Assembly (NCBI RefSeq): GCF_001194135.2
Contig: NC_068986.1
Span: 1,617,296-1,681,295 of the forward strand
DNA from: Octopus bimaculoides
Taxonomy: Eukaryota
Direction: 5' to 3'
Length of the DNA stretch: 64,000 bases
Below the pieces are notes generated by a model. It saw only the letters and a program-made list of their open reading frames with translations. It was not told the origin of the DNA and searched no databases. Both the position numbers and the translations under genes were made by a program. Below are positions 37,211 to 51,755 of the stretch, piece by piece; positions within the stretch are counted from its first letter, which is position 1; every line of letters starts with the position of its first letter.

Positions 37211-37310
37211 GGGTAGAAAAGATGGATGGATATATGAGGTTTGGTTTTTCCTAAAGAACATGTAAGTGCTCAATAAATAATCACAGATGGATTTTCTCAC
37301 ATATACACAA

Positions 37311-37356
<46 letters not shown>

Positions 37357-38699
37357 TGTGTGTGTGAAACTTAGGCAGTATGCAGAGGCATGGCTAATAG
37401 AGGAGCAAGGGAAGAGACCACTTCCTTCAAATACACTTTTCAATGTTGGCACTTTTTCAACAATTCCTTTTTTTTAGTTACCTAAATCAGCAGTTGTAAG
37501 TTTCCGTTCATAATGACATCGTAACTGAAACATGAAATTAATGACTGTAGAATACAATTACTAATTAAATTAATGACTGTAGAATACAATCACTAATTAA
37601 ATATTTCACTTTGATATAAGAGAAATGAGTTTAAAAAATGGTTTAGTATGTGTCTAAACACTTTTTTCTTATGTGCTCACTCCTCCTAACTTTAGAACCT
37701 GGCTATGCTGCTACTAGTATGGAATGGTGGATGTAAAATGATGATGATGATGGTGGTGGTGGTGATGGTAAATGATATTGTAAGGGTTGCGGTATATTTC
37801 ATTATGTTTGATCTCTTTTTTCTTTTTTTGTAAATTCTATAATATTGACTACATAGTTGACTATCACAAAAACAAAAACAAATTTTCAGAGCAATTTATA
37901 AAGTTAAGTACAAGCTAGATAAGAGAATCATGGCAATCCAAAGTATTGCAGGAATTCATTAAATATCATTCACATTGAATATTTACAGCACGGTAGCAAA
38001 GTTGTAACCGCAAAAAAAAAAAAAAAAAAAAAAAAATTGAATTTTTTTTATGAAGATAATTGTGCCTATTGTATTATAATACGGAAAAGGAAACTAAAAT
38101 CTTATTCATTGAAGAAAACATTATTTCCCAGAATATTCCAGCATTTAACTTTTTACAGCAGAAACCAGATATATCCACTCAAAACCTCATTACCCTTTAC
38201 TGCAGAAAGCAATTATATATACAATCTATCTTCTGTTGAAGAATGTCATATTTGAAACTACTTTCAGTTGAAATATGTCAAGTTTACTGAGGCAAGTAAC
38301 TTGCGGAAAATACCAATTCTAATTTTCGGTAGATATTTAAGATCATTATTGGAATAACCATGAAATTTAATTTCACAGTTAAAGGGTTGGCTGTCCATAG
38401 AAATGAACCAACCAATACATTACATTCCAAAGAAGTTTTATGGCTATTAACTTAAGCAACATTCCTGTTCCGGTGGCTTAGTGACCCAATGACCTAAATG
38501 TGAGCCGCAAGTGTAATCAATTAATTAATCAATCAAAGACAATTCTGAAAACTTGGATTATTGGTAGACAATCTGATATCAATTACTTAACAATTGCTGT
38601 TACATTGTGTTGATATTGTGTTGTTTTAATTGTGAGATTAATTGCTTTTAAATCAATTGTTCTCTTAATTAAAAGAGTGGTCGTTATCGCCATTGTTGT

Positions 38700-39030
38700 T
38701 GCTGTTGTTATTTAGCCCCAAGCTAAATGTACGATCAAAAGCATTCCAGCCATGACTGTCCTGTCTTTTCATATCTTTTATCTTTTACGTGTGTTAGTCA
38801 TTGGACTGCAGCCATGTTGTCAGAATCATTAGCATGCTGGGCAAAATGCTTAGTGGCACCACATCTGCCTTTACATTCTGAGTTCAAATTCCTCCAAGGT
38901 CAACTTTGTCTTTTATCCTTTTGGAGTCAATAAAAGAAGTACCAGTTGAATACTGAAGGGGACAGGGGTCGATGTAATGAACTCACCTCTCCCCCTGAAA
39001 TTGTTGGCCTTGGGTTACAAATTTGAAATC
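38700..39030. mobile_element. Cluster: family E piece (-), SINE A 3' end (-), SINE B (+)
   Basis: GTTATTTAGCCCCAAG...CATTCCAGCCATGAC; TAGTCATTGGACTGCAGCC; TTCTGAGTTCAAATTCCTCCAAGGTCAACTTTG. Confidence 0.75.
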
Positions 39031-39904
39031 ATCATCATCATCATCATCACTATTATTGTTATTAAATATTGTAGAATGTAATTTGAGGGTTGTTTAGCAA
39101 CTATATCTGGCAGATAAAATGACCATATTGAGATTGCTCATTTGTTATATTAAAGGATTTTTTTTCACATGATTTAGGAGAGGAAGAGCAGTGACCACTA
39201 CCCTCTTCAGGGCCTTCATGACTGATAGGGTGAAATTATTCCCAGACCACTAAAGGCACCTATGGATTACAAGGTGGCATTAAGTCAAATAATAGATGAA
39301 GTCTTTGTCTCAAGAACAAAATGAGTTCCTCTGTTGGATTTTCGCACAATTTGTCAACCAAATTCCATTCTTGAGTCTTTAATCAACTTGAGGCCATGGT
39401 AGAAGATATTTAGCAAATATGCCATGCAGTAGTATTGAACACAAAATCACAGAGTTATGCGATGAACTTTGTAACCACATTGCCATACCTCCACCCATGA
39501 AAATTTCTAGAGAATCCAAAGTCCTGGAAAGGAAGAACTGGGCATAGGGGATAATGCAGTGCCTTGGCTTTTGGGAGCATCAGGGATGATGAGAAGAAAG
39601 ACAAATGAGATGGGAATGCCTGAATGGAGGCTGCATAAGACCAGCCAACTTCAAAGAACAAAGACCACTGTAGTAATTTAAAAAAAAAAAAAAAGCAGAG
39701 AAGTAGAGAGAAGATACATATGCTGGTGTATATCTGTAAATGATTTTTTACCAATCAGTCAAGTGGCCTTTTTCTAGATGCAGTCTAGAATGTGTGTACA
39801 TGCAACAACATTATACCAGAGAGTGGGAGCAATATAAATTCAAGAGCTACAGAGAGAAGAGAAAGCTATTTTCTTTTGGTGAGTGGACTATCTCTATACC
39901 AGAG

Positions 39905-39964
<60 letters not shown>

Positions 39965-40009
39965 CAGACAGAAGCAGAGAGAGAGAGAGAGAGAAAGAAA
40001 CGGACAGAA

Positions 40010-40045
<36 letters not shown>

Positions 40046-41259
40046 AATTATCAATTGTTATGGACCAATTCAAACTCACAGATATTCCCCTTCTGTTCTT
40101 TCTTCTTTTTTTTTTCACATGTAAGAAATTCAGTATGGTGCTGCAACATTCATGTCAATTCTCATCAGATTCCATGTTTTGTATAATCGTAATATTCCTG
40201 TCTCCAACTGGCATCAGAAATGGTCTGATTTCAGCTTTATAAGCAACAATGTTATTACACTCAGCAGTTACAATTTCTACACTGTTTAGAAAATAGAAAT
40301 GTTGTAGTCTCTACAGTTCTTATTGCCACAGCTGCTACTGTTGTTGTTGTTGTTGTTGCTGTTGCTGCTGCCGCCACCTTTTGCCACCATTGTGGTTTAG
40401 CCCCAGGTAAGCCATAACTCAGCAGACCTTCGATCAAAGGTCTTTCAGCAACAACCATTCTATCTTTCCCTTGTGCATTGGGCATCTAGGACTACATAAT
40501 CCAATGCGTGCTTTCCAATTCTTAACAGATGTAAGTTGAAGATGATTGCCTATTTCTGCAAGGTAGGATGACTACAGAGAGGCAAGCAGCAGGGCTGGTT
40601 CAAGAAATTCTGCTAGATTTGGTCACACCAAAGATTTTATTCCTTACAAGCAGGTTGAAGTTTTTTGGTTTGTTTGTTTTTTTTCTTTAACAGTAAGAAT
40701 GTCTTAATATAAATACCATTCTAAGGTGTTGACATAGCTCTAAGGCCTCTTTTACAGAAAATCTAATTTCCTTTTCGAGATTGCAAGGGAAATATAAATT
40801 TCAAGGTAGTACAGACATAGAATTCCCAAAGTATGAGAAAAAAAAAGGAGAAAGAAAAAACAAAAAACAAATTCCAGAGAGTCTCCTCAATATAGATAGG
40901 AAGACTAGTTTAATATCAACACAAAGATGTTTCATTAAACATTCACACACACATGCATACATATACATATATAATTACACATTAGCAGAATAAACACAAA
41001 AATAAACACATATACACACCNNNNNNNNNNNNNNNNNNNNNNNNNNNNNNNNNNNNNNNNNNNNNNNNNNNNNNNNNNNNNNNNNNNNNNNNNNNNNNNN
41101 NNNNNNNNNNNNNNNNNNNNATATGCGTGTGTGTGTGTGTGTGTGTGCATGCATTTTTACATATGTATGGATATTATATATATATAAAGAATTATGTTTG
41201 TGTGTGTGTGTATATATATATGTGTATATATACATTCTTATTTACATACATTCACACAT

Positions 41260-41308
<49 letters not shown>

Positions 41309-41950
41309 TGTAAATGCAAAAATAAAAACAAAAACACAAAGGGTTCTGCGGTACAGGTGTTTCAAGCTAAAAGCTGCCCTATCAGGTGACTTCTAAGCTA
41401 GCTCCTGTGCAGGGCTCTTCATTGGGCCTTGAGTCCAACAATAACATTTCATGCATTGAGTACGTATCAAATTTTATTAAACTTGACCAATATTTTCCAG
41501 CAATGAACAATTTTCATCAAAACAATGATATAATATGTGGACTTGGAACTTATTTCAAAGCTGCATGATAAACAACATTTTTTGTCTTCCCATTCGGGAA
41601 GGGGGGTATTCAGTACAATTTTTTTCCCTGTCTAACCTCTTTCTTTTTCTCTTTCTCTTGATTATTTTCAAACATCACCATCGCCAATACCACCACCATT
41701 GCCACCACAACTGTATATATAGTGGTCTCTTTTATATATACACATATATATATATATGCAGTGCAAACATAAACAAACAAACAAACAAATAACCATCATA
41801 CAAACATTATATTCAGAAACGCATATCGAATATATGTTCAGCCATAAATTTATAAACGAAAGTCCAACTGTTTTTCTCTCATTTCTTTCTTTGCTATTTG
41901 TTTTTGATTTTTTAATAGCAATAAAACACCAGCTTGTATAGATAATCATA

Positions 41951-42003
<53 letters not shown>

Positions 42004-42602
42004 GTATATGTGTATATATACCGCATTGAGTGACGTACAAGCAAACAGACCACTCAGTATAGTTCATGAGAACAGCTTACTTAACGCCATAAACATTATT
42101 GTCATATATAATAATCCCTATTACTATATGTAGTTCCTCAAATGTTTACACAGAAAAGTCTAAATTGAGTGTAAAGTATGTTTTCATAATGCTAACAAAC
42201 CAAACTATCACTGACTGCCAAGTTCTACTCTCCACCTGACTTTACCCACATACTGACATTAGACTATGAAATGTGCTAAGTGATATAAGCAGCGATATAA
42301 CTGTTTTTATTCCCATTTTTTTCTTTCTCCAACAGTGTAAAGATAATAGGTAACTTCTAGTAAATACTTTTATCAAATATAAATATTTGCCATTTATCTT
42401 TTCTCCAGGCCTTTTTTTTTTTTTTTATTCTATTCCTTGTTTCTCTCGAGAGACTGTTTTGATTATACATTAATTTCTATCAGAGAGGAGAGAAAAAAGA
42501 TGTGCAGACATAGCACTGTAGCTAAGAAATTCGCTTTAATAATCACACAGTCCTGGTCTTGTTTCCACTACTCAGCACCTTGAGTAAGACTTCTGGAGTT
42601 CA

Positions 42603-42782
42603 ATCTTTTAGCATTTAAATCAGCCATCTCTGGCCCAAATTTTCTACCTCTTTTATGCTCAGATCAATCAAATCCTGTTTCTCACACCTACCTTACAATG
42701 TCATTCTAAAAACAATCACATCATTGAAAGTGAATAAATAAGCTTTACATTTGACAGAGTAATCGGAACATTGAAGGATTAA
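42603..42782 (-). mobile_element. piggyBac-like MITE (family F)
   Basis: TTTAGCATTTAAATCAGCC...TTTGACAGAGTAATCGGAACATTGAAGGA|TTAA. Confidence 0.65.
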
Positions 42783-43413
42783 TATATCTCTAATACGTTC
42801 TTTCCTTAGTCAAGACAGTAGCGTTTGACTTAAGGGAGACTTGGTTGTTGTTTCCATTGGTTCAGAGGACCATATAGAAGCTCCCTGTTTAGATTAGGAA
42901 GGCCTTAGTTACTCACTGATCTGAGAAAAGGGAAAAATAGGGAGAGTGACTTCAATATGGCCACAGGCTGGAGAGAGAAGTTGTTTTAGTTTAGTTCTGG
43001 GTCATTCCCATTCAGGCGTATAAATTATCAAAAGCTTTCCAGCCACGACCATCCCTCTGTTTCCTATGCACAGAGAACTCAGTGTCACATTATCCAATGT
43101 ATCCTTTCCTAAGATGATGGAGTATGACTTGAGGGATTTAGCTGCTATTTCAAGCAAAAAAAAAAAAATAACTACAGTGAGGGTGCGTCTTGGACAGCAT
43201 AAAAGAACCCCATATAGAGAGTAAGGTTTGAGTTTCAAGAATGAAATGTATGGAAAGCTTGTGATAAGAATAAATGATAAATGGAGACAAGAACTGAGTT
43301 TGGTGGGGGCAGCACAGATGTTGATGCAGACAGGGAAAATTGCTCAATGGTTTTGCTTTGTGGAATTCATTAGGGCTTCATTAGGGCTTATGGCATTTTT
43401 AATTTGCATACAG

Positions 43414-43530
43414 CAGTGTTTCTCAACCATTTTTTACCGATGGAACTTTTGATTCCTATTTTACTTGGGTGGACCCTCACAGCCATTTGATGCCTAAAAA
43501 ATTCTGTTATAATTTTATAATTATATCAGA
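43414..43530 (+). mobile_element. hAT-like MITE left end
   Basis: CAGTGTTTCTCAACCATTTTTTACC...TTTGATTCCTATTTTAC...GGACCC; homologous to 25186-25290. A SINE A 3' end follows at 43548-43640. Confidence 0.6.
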
Positions 43531-44439
43531 GATTGTATAAAATTAAATTCTTTGACTTGTTTCAGTCATTTGACTGCAGCCATGCTGGAGCACTGCTTGA
43601 AGGGTTTTAGTCAAACAACTCAACCCCAAGACTTTTTTTTATTGGTCTCAAATCTGACATGGGGCTAAACTACAAGAATAACAAGAACCTCTCAGAACCT
43701 TTTATCCTTAGTTTGAATCCCCTAACAATCTAATGGTGAACCCCTGCAGGAAAATACTTCAAAGATGGGTTGTCTTCATTCCATTTGTAGAAGCCATGTA
43801 TTTGTTGGTTAATGTAAACTTACAACAAAGAAACCTTGTGCAACCATACAGAAAATTGTCAAAACACTAATATTTATTATCAACGTATGTAATTGATTGA
43901 TATCAATGAAAAATCATATTCTTCCTCATACAATGGAATAATCAGAAATTATCATTTAAATCTAATATTAATTAATATATCATTTCAAAAGATATGCTGA
44001 AATAATTAAATTAGATGTTGAATCTGTATAACATAAAATGTTGAAACTAATATAATTAAACATGCAATCAAATTATGAAATTGTTCTTTGAAGCATAAAA
44101 TATATATCAATACCCACTTAACAGTTGTATTAGTTGAAATTGATCTAAGTATTTAAGTTAGTGCAAGCATATAAAACAGATACTCTATCAATTACAATTA
44201 CATCAATATTGAAAAGAAAACGAAGTCATTACCTTAATGATTAATTCTTGTCAAGAACAGCATGGGAGACAACTCTGAAATTGAAATAAATTTTAATTAT
44301 TCCCTTTTGTCATTTTGATAGAAATAAACATAAATAAACATACAACTGTGGCACAAAAATGTCAATGTAATATATATTCTTTTATTTACTTCTACTCTTT
44401 TGGGAAAAGGTTAACACGACACCCCCCCCCCACTAGGGT

Positions 44440-44625
44440 CAAGCAAGAATCACGGGGTTGCACCTAGAAAGTTCCCCTCCAAGGCACAGGTCTGGGCAAG
44501 GTTGTTTATGGAAGACCAGCAGTCGCCCATGCATACCAGCCTCCTCTCTCTATGCCAACGATGTTATCCAAGGGAAAGGCAAAGACTGATACAGCTTGGC
44601 ACCAGTGACATCAAAACTCGTTTCT
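44440..44625 (-). mobile_element. SINE-type repeat fragment (probably family C 3' body)
   Basis: GC-rich GGGGTTGCACCTAGAAAGTT...GGAAGACCAGCAGTCGCCCATGCATACCAGCC...GATACAGCTTGGCACCAGTGAC; recognised as an octopus repeat, single copy in this window. Confidence 0.55.
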
Positions 44626-45604
44626 ACCTCACAGACATACCAATAGAATTAGGGCAGGTAAGGCCCTTCAGCACTTTAGCTGCTCATCTAAGAAAAGGTA
44701 ACTCCATACAAATCCTTTATTCTGATAACTACTGGACTCCTGGTACTTGTTGCACCAAACCAATACAAGTTTGGTGGTTAAGAGAGTGGAGCTGGCTCCG
44801 CACAAACCCTGCCCAATATACAAATAAACCTCTGCTGCCTTGTGTGGTAATTTATTGAGCATTTAGAAAAGGCAAAGGGAGTAAGAAAATCTGGTGTGAG
44901 GCACCCTACGACAGATATGCAGTTTTACTTAACCAATACCTGGCATCCCCTGTGGTTCCATAGATGCTTTGAATGCACTGACTTGCTTTTCGTTTGTGGC
45001 ATATCCATGATTGAAAAAATGGTAAATGTACTTAGATCTAGGCACCTGCTTTTGGAAACAGCTGAGGCACAGTAGAGGTAGTTAAGTAACTGTCTTTGCA
45101 ATACTGTCAGCCAGTGACAAAAAGGGCCAATAACCTTTTTGGTTGTTGGGCTGCATGCATTTCAAACCCAGCACTGGAGTCAAGTCTGGTATAAAATGTC
45201 TGATACTTATTTTAGTGGAAGGTTACTAGCAATCATCAAAAGATATGAGATAAACAACACTATTCTATTTTTAAAGACTGGTGTAACCACAGACATAAAC
45301 ATAGACTACAAATCACCATCACATTTTCATCATTGATGCCTTTGTCATTATTGTTTTAAGTCACTTTTCCATGTTTGTATGGATCAGACGTGGCTTTGTT
45401 GAAGTATATATTTTAAACAGCCATTGTTCTTGTGGCCAACTTCCACCTGTTTCCAAACAAGATCATATTTTTCTCATCTACTGAACAACAAAGTCTGGAT
45501 ATACTTTCATGGCAGATGACAAACAAATGACACCATTTCTATGAATGGTGATCTTTATTTGTAATCAACATGCACATGTCAAAACAAAAGTAATCTGTGC
45601 TCAG

Positions 45605-45643
<39 letters not shown>

Positions 45644-45728
45644 AACAAACATGCACACACATGTATATATACATATCATTCATCATCACGATCATCATTG
45701 TTTTAATGATTATTTTTTTATGCTTGCA

Positions 45729-45900
45729 CTACACTCTCTGAGTGGTTGGCGTTAGGAAGGGCATCCAGCTGTAGAAACTCTGCCAAATCAGATTGGAGCC
45801 TGGTGTTGCCATCCGGTTTCACCAGTCCTCAGTCAAATCGTCCAACCCATGCTAGCATGGAAAGCGGACGTTAAACGATGATGATGATGATGATGATGAT
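45729..45900 (+). mobile_element. Family D, young 5'-truncated copy inserted into an older opposite-strand copy
   Basis: GTTGGCGTTAGGAAGGGCATCCAGCTGTAGAAAC...GGAAAGCGGACGTTAAAC(GAT)n with all CpGs retained; left flank CATCATTGTTTTAATG...ATGCTTGCA is an old minus-strand tail. Confidence 0.9.
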
Positions 45901-46382
45901 TTCTCCAAGTCTTTCACACATGAACAGAACAATGGCCAAGTATAATTTCATGGAAGATTACAAGAGAATGACACTGTTTTTGTAATGTTTTACAATAAGT
46001 GGTGGTGGGGTAAGTGGTGGTGGTAATGATGGCAATGATGATGATAACAACAACAACAACAACGATGATGATGATGATGATAAAAATGTATTTAGTTTTC
46101 TGGTAAAAGTAATTTCTATTAGAACATTTACATTGAAGATCTTAACCCAAAATTCTTAAAGAGCAAAACTACTTTCATTTATAGACTTTATTCATTTAGT
46201 TATTTATTTTTCCCTACAGTATCAAACAAAGTTACTGCCATTCATTTGCAGACAAGGGTTTTAGATATGGCTTTATCTTTTGTGATTAAGATCAATGCTA
46301 ATCTCTTTTACTAATGGACGCAAAGTATCCATTTGCTGTAATTCAACTTCTAGCGATATGGAAATGTTATTTATTTGTTTAC

Positions 46383-46436
46383 CTGGAGATTAACAACACA
46401 CTTATGCACAAAAGACATTGATAATCTATCAAATAT
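46383..46436 (-). CDS. Candidate 54-nt exon (IFDRLSMSFVHKCVVNLQ in phase 0, or YLIDYQCLLCISVLLIS in phase 2)
   Basis: Acceptor ttgtttgtttgttttag|, donor CAG|GTAAAC. Confidence 0.3.
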
Positions 46437-46622
46437 CTAAAACAAACAAACAAATTATTTTTGTATCGCAACAAAGAACCAACATTAAAAGAAATTGTTA
46501 TATTTTCTATACATTTTATGATGTAGCTTCCTATTCTACCTTTTTTTAGTTTTATCATAATTATCTCTGATCTCCAGAGCATGCCACTGTCAACCTACTT
46601 TCATACAAAATTACTTTCTCAC

Positions 46623-46658
46623 CTTAAGCTAATAGAACTTCTTTGCAGCCATTTGAAC
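46623..46658 (-). CDS. Candidate 36-nt exon (FKWLQRSSISL, phase 2-2)
   Basis: Acceptor gttgtctgctgtttctcacag|, donor AAG|GTGAGA; only phase 2 is open. Confidence 0.3.
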
Positions 46659-46759
46659 CTGTGAGAAACAGCAGACAACATTTCCTTCTGATTTCAGACA
46701 ACCATTTCAACAAAGGAAGAACATACAGAATTGTCTGTCCAAGATACACTATGTTTTGT

Positions 46760-47030
46760 TTTTACTTTTATTTGTTTCAGTCCTTTGACTATGGCCAAGC
46801 TGGAGCACCGCCTTGAAGGATTTTAATTGAACAAATTCACTCCAGGACTTTTTTTAAGCCTAGTAATTATCCTATCGGTCTCTTTTGCCAAACCACTAAG
46901 TTACAGGGACGTAAACACACCAACACCAGTTGTCAAGGAGGGATGGGTGAACAAATACAGACACACACATAGATATATACATACATACAAACATGTAGGC
47001 ATGTACATGTATGTGTGTATATATGCATAA

Positions 47031-47078
<48 letters not shown>

Positions 47079-47230
47079 GACAGGTTTCTTCCTTTCAGTT
47101 TCTGTCTCCCAAATCCACTCACAAGGCTTTGGTCGGTCCAAGGTTATAGTGGAAGACACTTGCCCAAGGTGCCACATAGTAGGACTGAACCCAGAACCAT
47201 ATGATTGGGAAGCAAGCTTCTTACCACACA
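46760..47230 (-). mobile_element. SINE family A, full length
   Basis: Tail, 3' body, internal (TA)n, and head CCCAAGGTGCCACATAGTAGGACTGAACCCAGAACCATATGATTGGGAAGCAAGCTTCTTACCAC are all present. Confidence 0.9.
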
Positions 47231-47934
47231 CACACACATACACACACACACAGCTCACAGTTGCTGAAACTGTTACTCAAAACACAAGGCACTGTCTGAG
47301 AACTGAACCCACAACCTTATAGTTGTAAACCTAACACCTTATCCACAAAGCGACATGCCTTCAATTCAAAACCTACTGATTAAAAGGGGAAAGAGACAAA
47401 ACACATTGAACAACATAGCGCATGGTGTACAAAAAGATGAGATGGCCACAACCGGAATGCCTCTGATCATAGGTCTACTTAATCAGGGCTAACCTTGTCC
47501 CGAAGAACAGCAACAACACTAACACCAAAGACAACATAGTTCTAAAACCAGACTGAAAGCTAGGAGAGTCACAATGGATAATATTGTTCTTGATATACAA
47601 AATAAATGAGATGCTCACATCTGGAATGCCTTTGAGTATCGGCCTGCTCAGTTGAAACTAACATGGAGCTAAACAGTAGCAACAACACAACATGGTTCAT
47701 AAAATAGATCGAATGAACATGGACTTGCCAGGATACAAGACCAATGCATTGCGTTTAACCATTTTATTGGCAGCGTTCATGTCAGACAGCTGCAACTGTG
47801 AAGCTAGTTAGGATAATACCAGCAGCCACAGCGGCATGAGGTCATTCATAGATCAAGTGGCACAATATGAAAATAGAAGAGATGAAATCTTTACCAAATA
47901 TTTCCTCGTAACAAAGCACATATAGACACACACA

Positions 47935-47966
<32 letters not shown>

Positions 47967-48068
47967 GCACTTCCTCTTAGCGATAAGTGCACTCACACAC
48001 TCACAAATACACACATTTCCTCTTAACAATAGATACATACACAAGACACGAGTACACACAATGATACC

Positions 48069-48167
<99 letters not shown>

Positions 48168-48786
48168 ACATTTCCAAATGCCAAGATATAAAAATAAACT
48201 TTACATGAAAGTTTGGAAGTTTATTTATGCAAATGGCATTTGGAAATTTATGTAAACTTTACATCAACGACAGAACCTCTATGTCATTACTCAATTGACT
48301 AGAAATAGCAGCCAAATTTCTCTCATATTGTATGCAACCATCTTTAAAAGAAAAAATATGTGGGAGAATGAGAGCACATTGCATAATGTGTTCCTGGATA
48401 CACTGGGATTTTTAAAAAAATGAGGAGAGAGAACGATCACAAGTGGAGCACCTTTGATCACAGGTCTGTTTGATCAGAGCTGGTTTGGAGCTAAACAACA
48501 TTACATAAAATTTTCAAAAACTTCATTAGTACCACACCAAAATAACTGCCCTCAAATTTCTGGTCAAGCATCACAAGTCACATAAGTATTTCACATTAGA
48601 AATTAACATTCAAATAAATGTTCATGCTTTCCATTAAATGGTTGAAAGCTTTCATCAGGAAACTTTTTTCAGGTTTGGTATTCTAAGAATAATAGCTTCA
48701 CAGCTTCACACATGAACGGGTACATATATGCACATATGTTTATATACACACACGTTTATATACATGCACATAAATTTGTGTGTGCG

Positions 48787-48846
<60 letters not shown>

Positions 48847-48988
48847 TACACACACACACATGCATATGTATATACACATACATACACACAAACACAGAGG
48901 TATATATTATATTCATGTGAACACATATATATACATAGATATATGTGTGTGCACAGACTACATTCATTTATATTCATACACACACACA

Positions 48989-49029
<41 letters not shown>

Positions 49030-51537
49030 ATAAAGACAGAGATTACTCTATGTGAATCTATAAGCATATTTGTAAGGACGGTATCAATAATCTAAAACGA
49101 ATGGGCAAACAACAACCTCGGCATGCCAACTGCATTTCTCATATAGATGTTATTTAGATATAGTCTGATAGAAATACCTTTCCCAAAACTCATCCAGCCT
49201 ATCTTTGATGTCATTTATAGAACAGATAGTAATAACTTGTTTTATGTCGCTCATCTAATCGCTGGTGCTTCTCTTGGTAGACATTTGGCTACTTATACAG
49301 CTTCAGCTCTTCCTTTTGCGTTCAGTAGAAACATTTGCAGGAGATTGCTTTTGGCTTTTCAAATCGGAATGTTCAGCAGCGCTTCGAATGTGATTTATAG
49401 TTAAATCATCAGAAAATAAATATTCAAATTTCTATTCTTTGAATATTGATGCTGTTTCCTTTGTATTAATTCATTGATCAGCAGGATTCACAGTTAGCAG
49501 TAAAGTTCTTGAATAGACTTAGAGAACAGAGGTAGCTGTTTAAAGGAATTTGGTGATCAGTATTCTAACTGTGAGCATGACAATTTATTACAAGCCAACA
49601 AGGGAGTTCTTGTGTTGTTGCTTGACTTGGTAGAAATAGCAGCCGAGTCTCAGCTGAAATCATACTCTGCTGTATTAAAAGAGGAAGTACAAATAAGGTC
49701 AGCTTTCACTCATGAGCAAGTATGGCTTGGCAACACATACTAGAACCAGTACCAGCACCACCAAAACATTCACCAACACCAACACCAACACTACCATACA
49801 GAATGGTTGATAAAAAAGTGACCTTATATAATATGAAATAAGTTAACAGAAAGTATGATAAATCAACATATGTCCAAATGAATAGAGTGTTTGGTTCACA
49901 ATTATAAATTCGGGGGTTCAATTCCTTGACTGGGAAATGTGCTATACCCTCGATCCTGGTGCTTTATCTCAAGTTGTTCAAGTCTAGTCAGCTGTGAATG
50001 ATCAGAATACCGTTAATTATGGGTCTACACAATCAAGATTGATCTGGGTGAAACAAACCAGCCTTAATATACTTATCACATGTAGCATGTGATAACAAAT
50101 ATTTGATATCCATTTTGAATATCATATGTATGTATGTATATATGCACAGGCACAATGTGCAGAAATTTAAGAGGACTAATAAACAAATTACTTAAGTTTC
50201 ACATTGCCTGATTGGATGATAACATGATGACCACTCATCAGAAGGACCTGATAAAATATGTAGGCATTGCAGCTTGAAGACTTATGACTCATACATTATC
50301 TTTGGGATTATAATATATCCTGTATCAGGCACTAAGATCTTCCTGTGGTATTTAATTGGCAGTCAAGCCAATAAGACCCAGAAGTGAATGGACCTATCAA
50401 GCGTGGAATTGTTGAGGGAATATATATATATATATATATATATATATNNNNNNNNNNNNNNNNNNNNNNNNNNNNNNNNNNNNNNNNNNNNNNNNNNNNN
50501 NNNNNNNNNNNNNNNNNNNNNNNNNNNNNNNNNNNNNNNNNNNNNNNGAAGACAGTTCTGCATATATAATATAATATACTCCACCTTTTATAACAAGTAC
50601 TGTATATATCCACTATATTTACACTTACATATTTTTATACACACACACACACACACACACACTACACCACAAATATACTTATGTTTGTGTGTGTATACAC
50701 AAGTAAGACTGTGTTGAATTGCATCTCTCTGTGTCAAAAGATAACTGAGCCAAATGACATGATAAATAAAACAAGTACCAGATTGGAAATCTATTCAGAC
50801 TTCAAAATGACCAATTAAAATCCTTGAAAATAACTCTGAACACTCAGAGTCCAAAGGCTGCAAAATAATTGTTCTAAACTACATAATTACTCGTTACTTG
50901 TTTACCAACAGAAGCACTCACATGTTGGATGAATTTATCAGTTTACATAGACTGGTGCCAAATTTGAAATAATCCACAGATAAGCTATCCTCTATTTTTG
51001 TGGGGGGTCAGTAATTGCTAAATTTATTTGCAGCCAGCATGAATGTCCAATCATTGACTTTTATCTTTTAGTAAGATAAATGAAATTTACTTCAAGACTA
51101 TGATAATACCAAGTGTTTTTTCAAGCAGCATCAAATTTAATTATAAAGCAGCTAACGTTACTAATATGTTTACTAATCAACGTGGGAAAATTCAGTAATC
51201 TTTTCAAACTTGACTAATAGATGTAAGATAGGTGTAAATATAATTAATGTAATAAGCCAAGGGTTTGTAATCAACTGAAATCTCTTTCATAGTGTCATGG
51301 AATTATCATTAGTTTAATTAGAAATTCTAATTTTAAAAAAAGCAGGGAAACATCCACAGAATTATAATTAATTAAAATTAATTAATAAATAAAATGTGGG
51401 CAATGCAGGGGGAAGGGATGTTGATCTTGGTAGGGTGTATTGACAACTCTGGCCATGTTTTGGTCTTATTAGATCTCTTCAGTCTTTAGTAAAAAATTTC
51501 TTCTTCGTCTCCTCCTCATCATCATCATTATTATTTA

Positions 51538-51755
51538 GCAAGCTGGCAGAATTGTCAGCATGCCAGGAAAAATGCTGAGCAGCATTTTATCCGTCTTTAC
51601 GCTCTAAGTTCAAACTCTGCCATGGTCAACTTTACCTTTCATCCTTTCAGGGTCGATGAAATAAGTGCCAGTTTCATACTGAGGTCAATGTAATCGACTA
51701 GCCCCTTTCCCAAAATTGCAGGCCTTGTGTCTATAGTAGAAAGGATTATTATTAT
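51538..51755 (+). mobile_element. SINE family B, full length
   Basis: AGCTGGCAGAATTGTCAGC...AAGTTCAAACTCTGCC...CCTTTCATCCTTTCAGGGTCGATGAAATAAGTGCCAG; another older copy at 53278-53505. Confidence 0.85.

Noticed and set aside
38012-38036. 25-nt poly(A) run as a retrocopy tail
   Set aside because: No upstream AATAAA, ORF or TSD visible.
49147-49404. 85-aa + strand ORF (MLFRYSLIEIP...)
   Set aside because: No recognisable domain or splice support; may be the antisense shadow of the minus-strand frame.
50073-50095. Perfect 10-bp hairpin TTATCACATG/CATGTGATAA (similar short ones near 785 and 13435)
   Set aside because: Stems of this length are expected by chance in 64 kb of AT-rich DNA.
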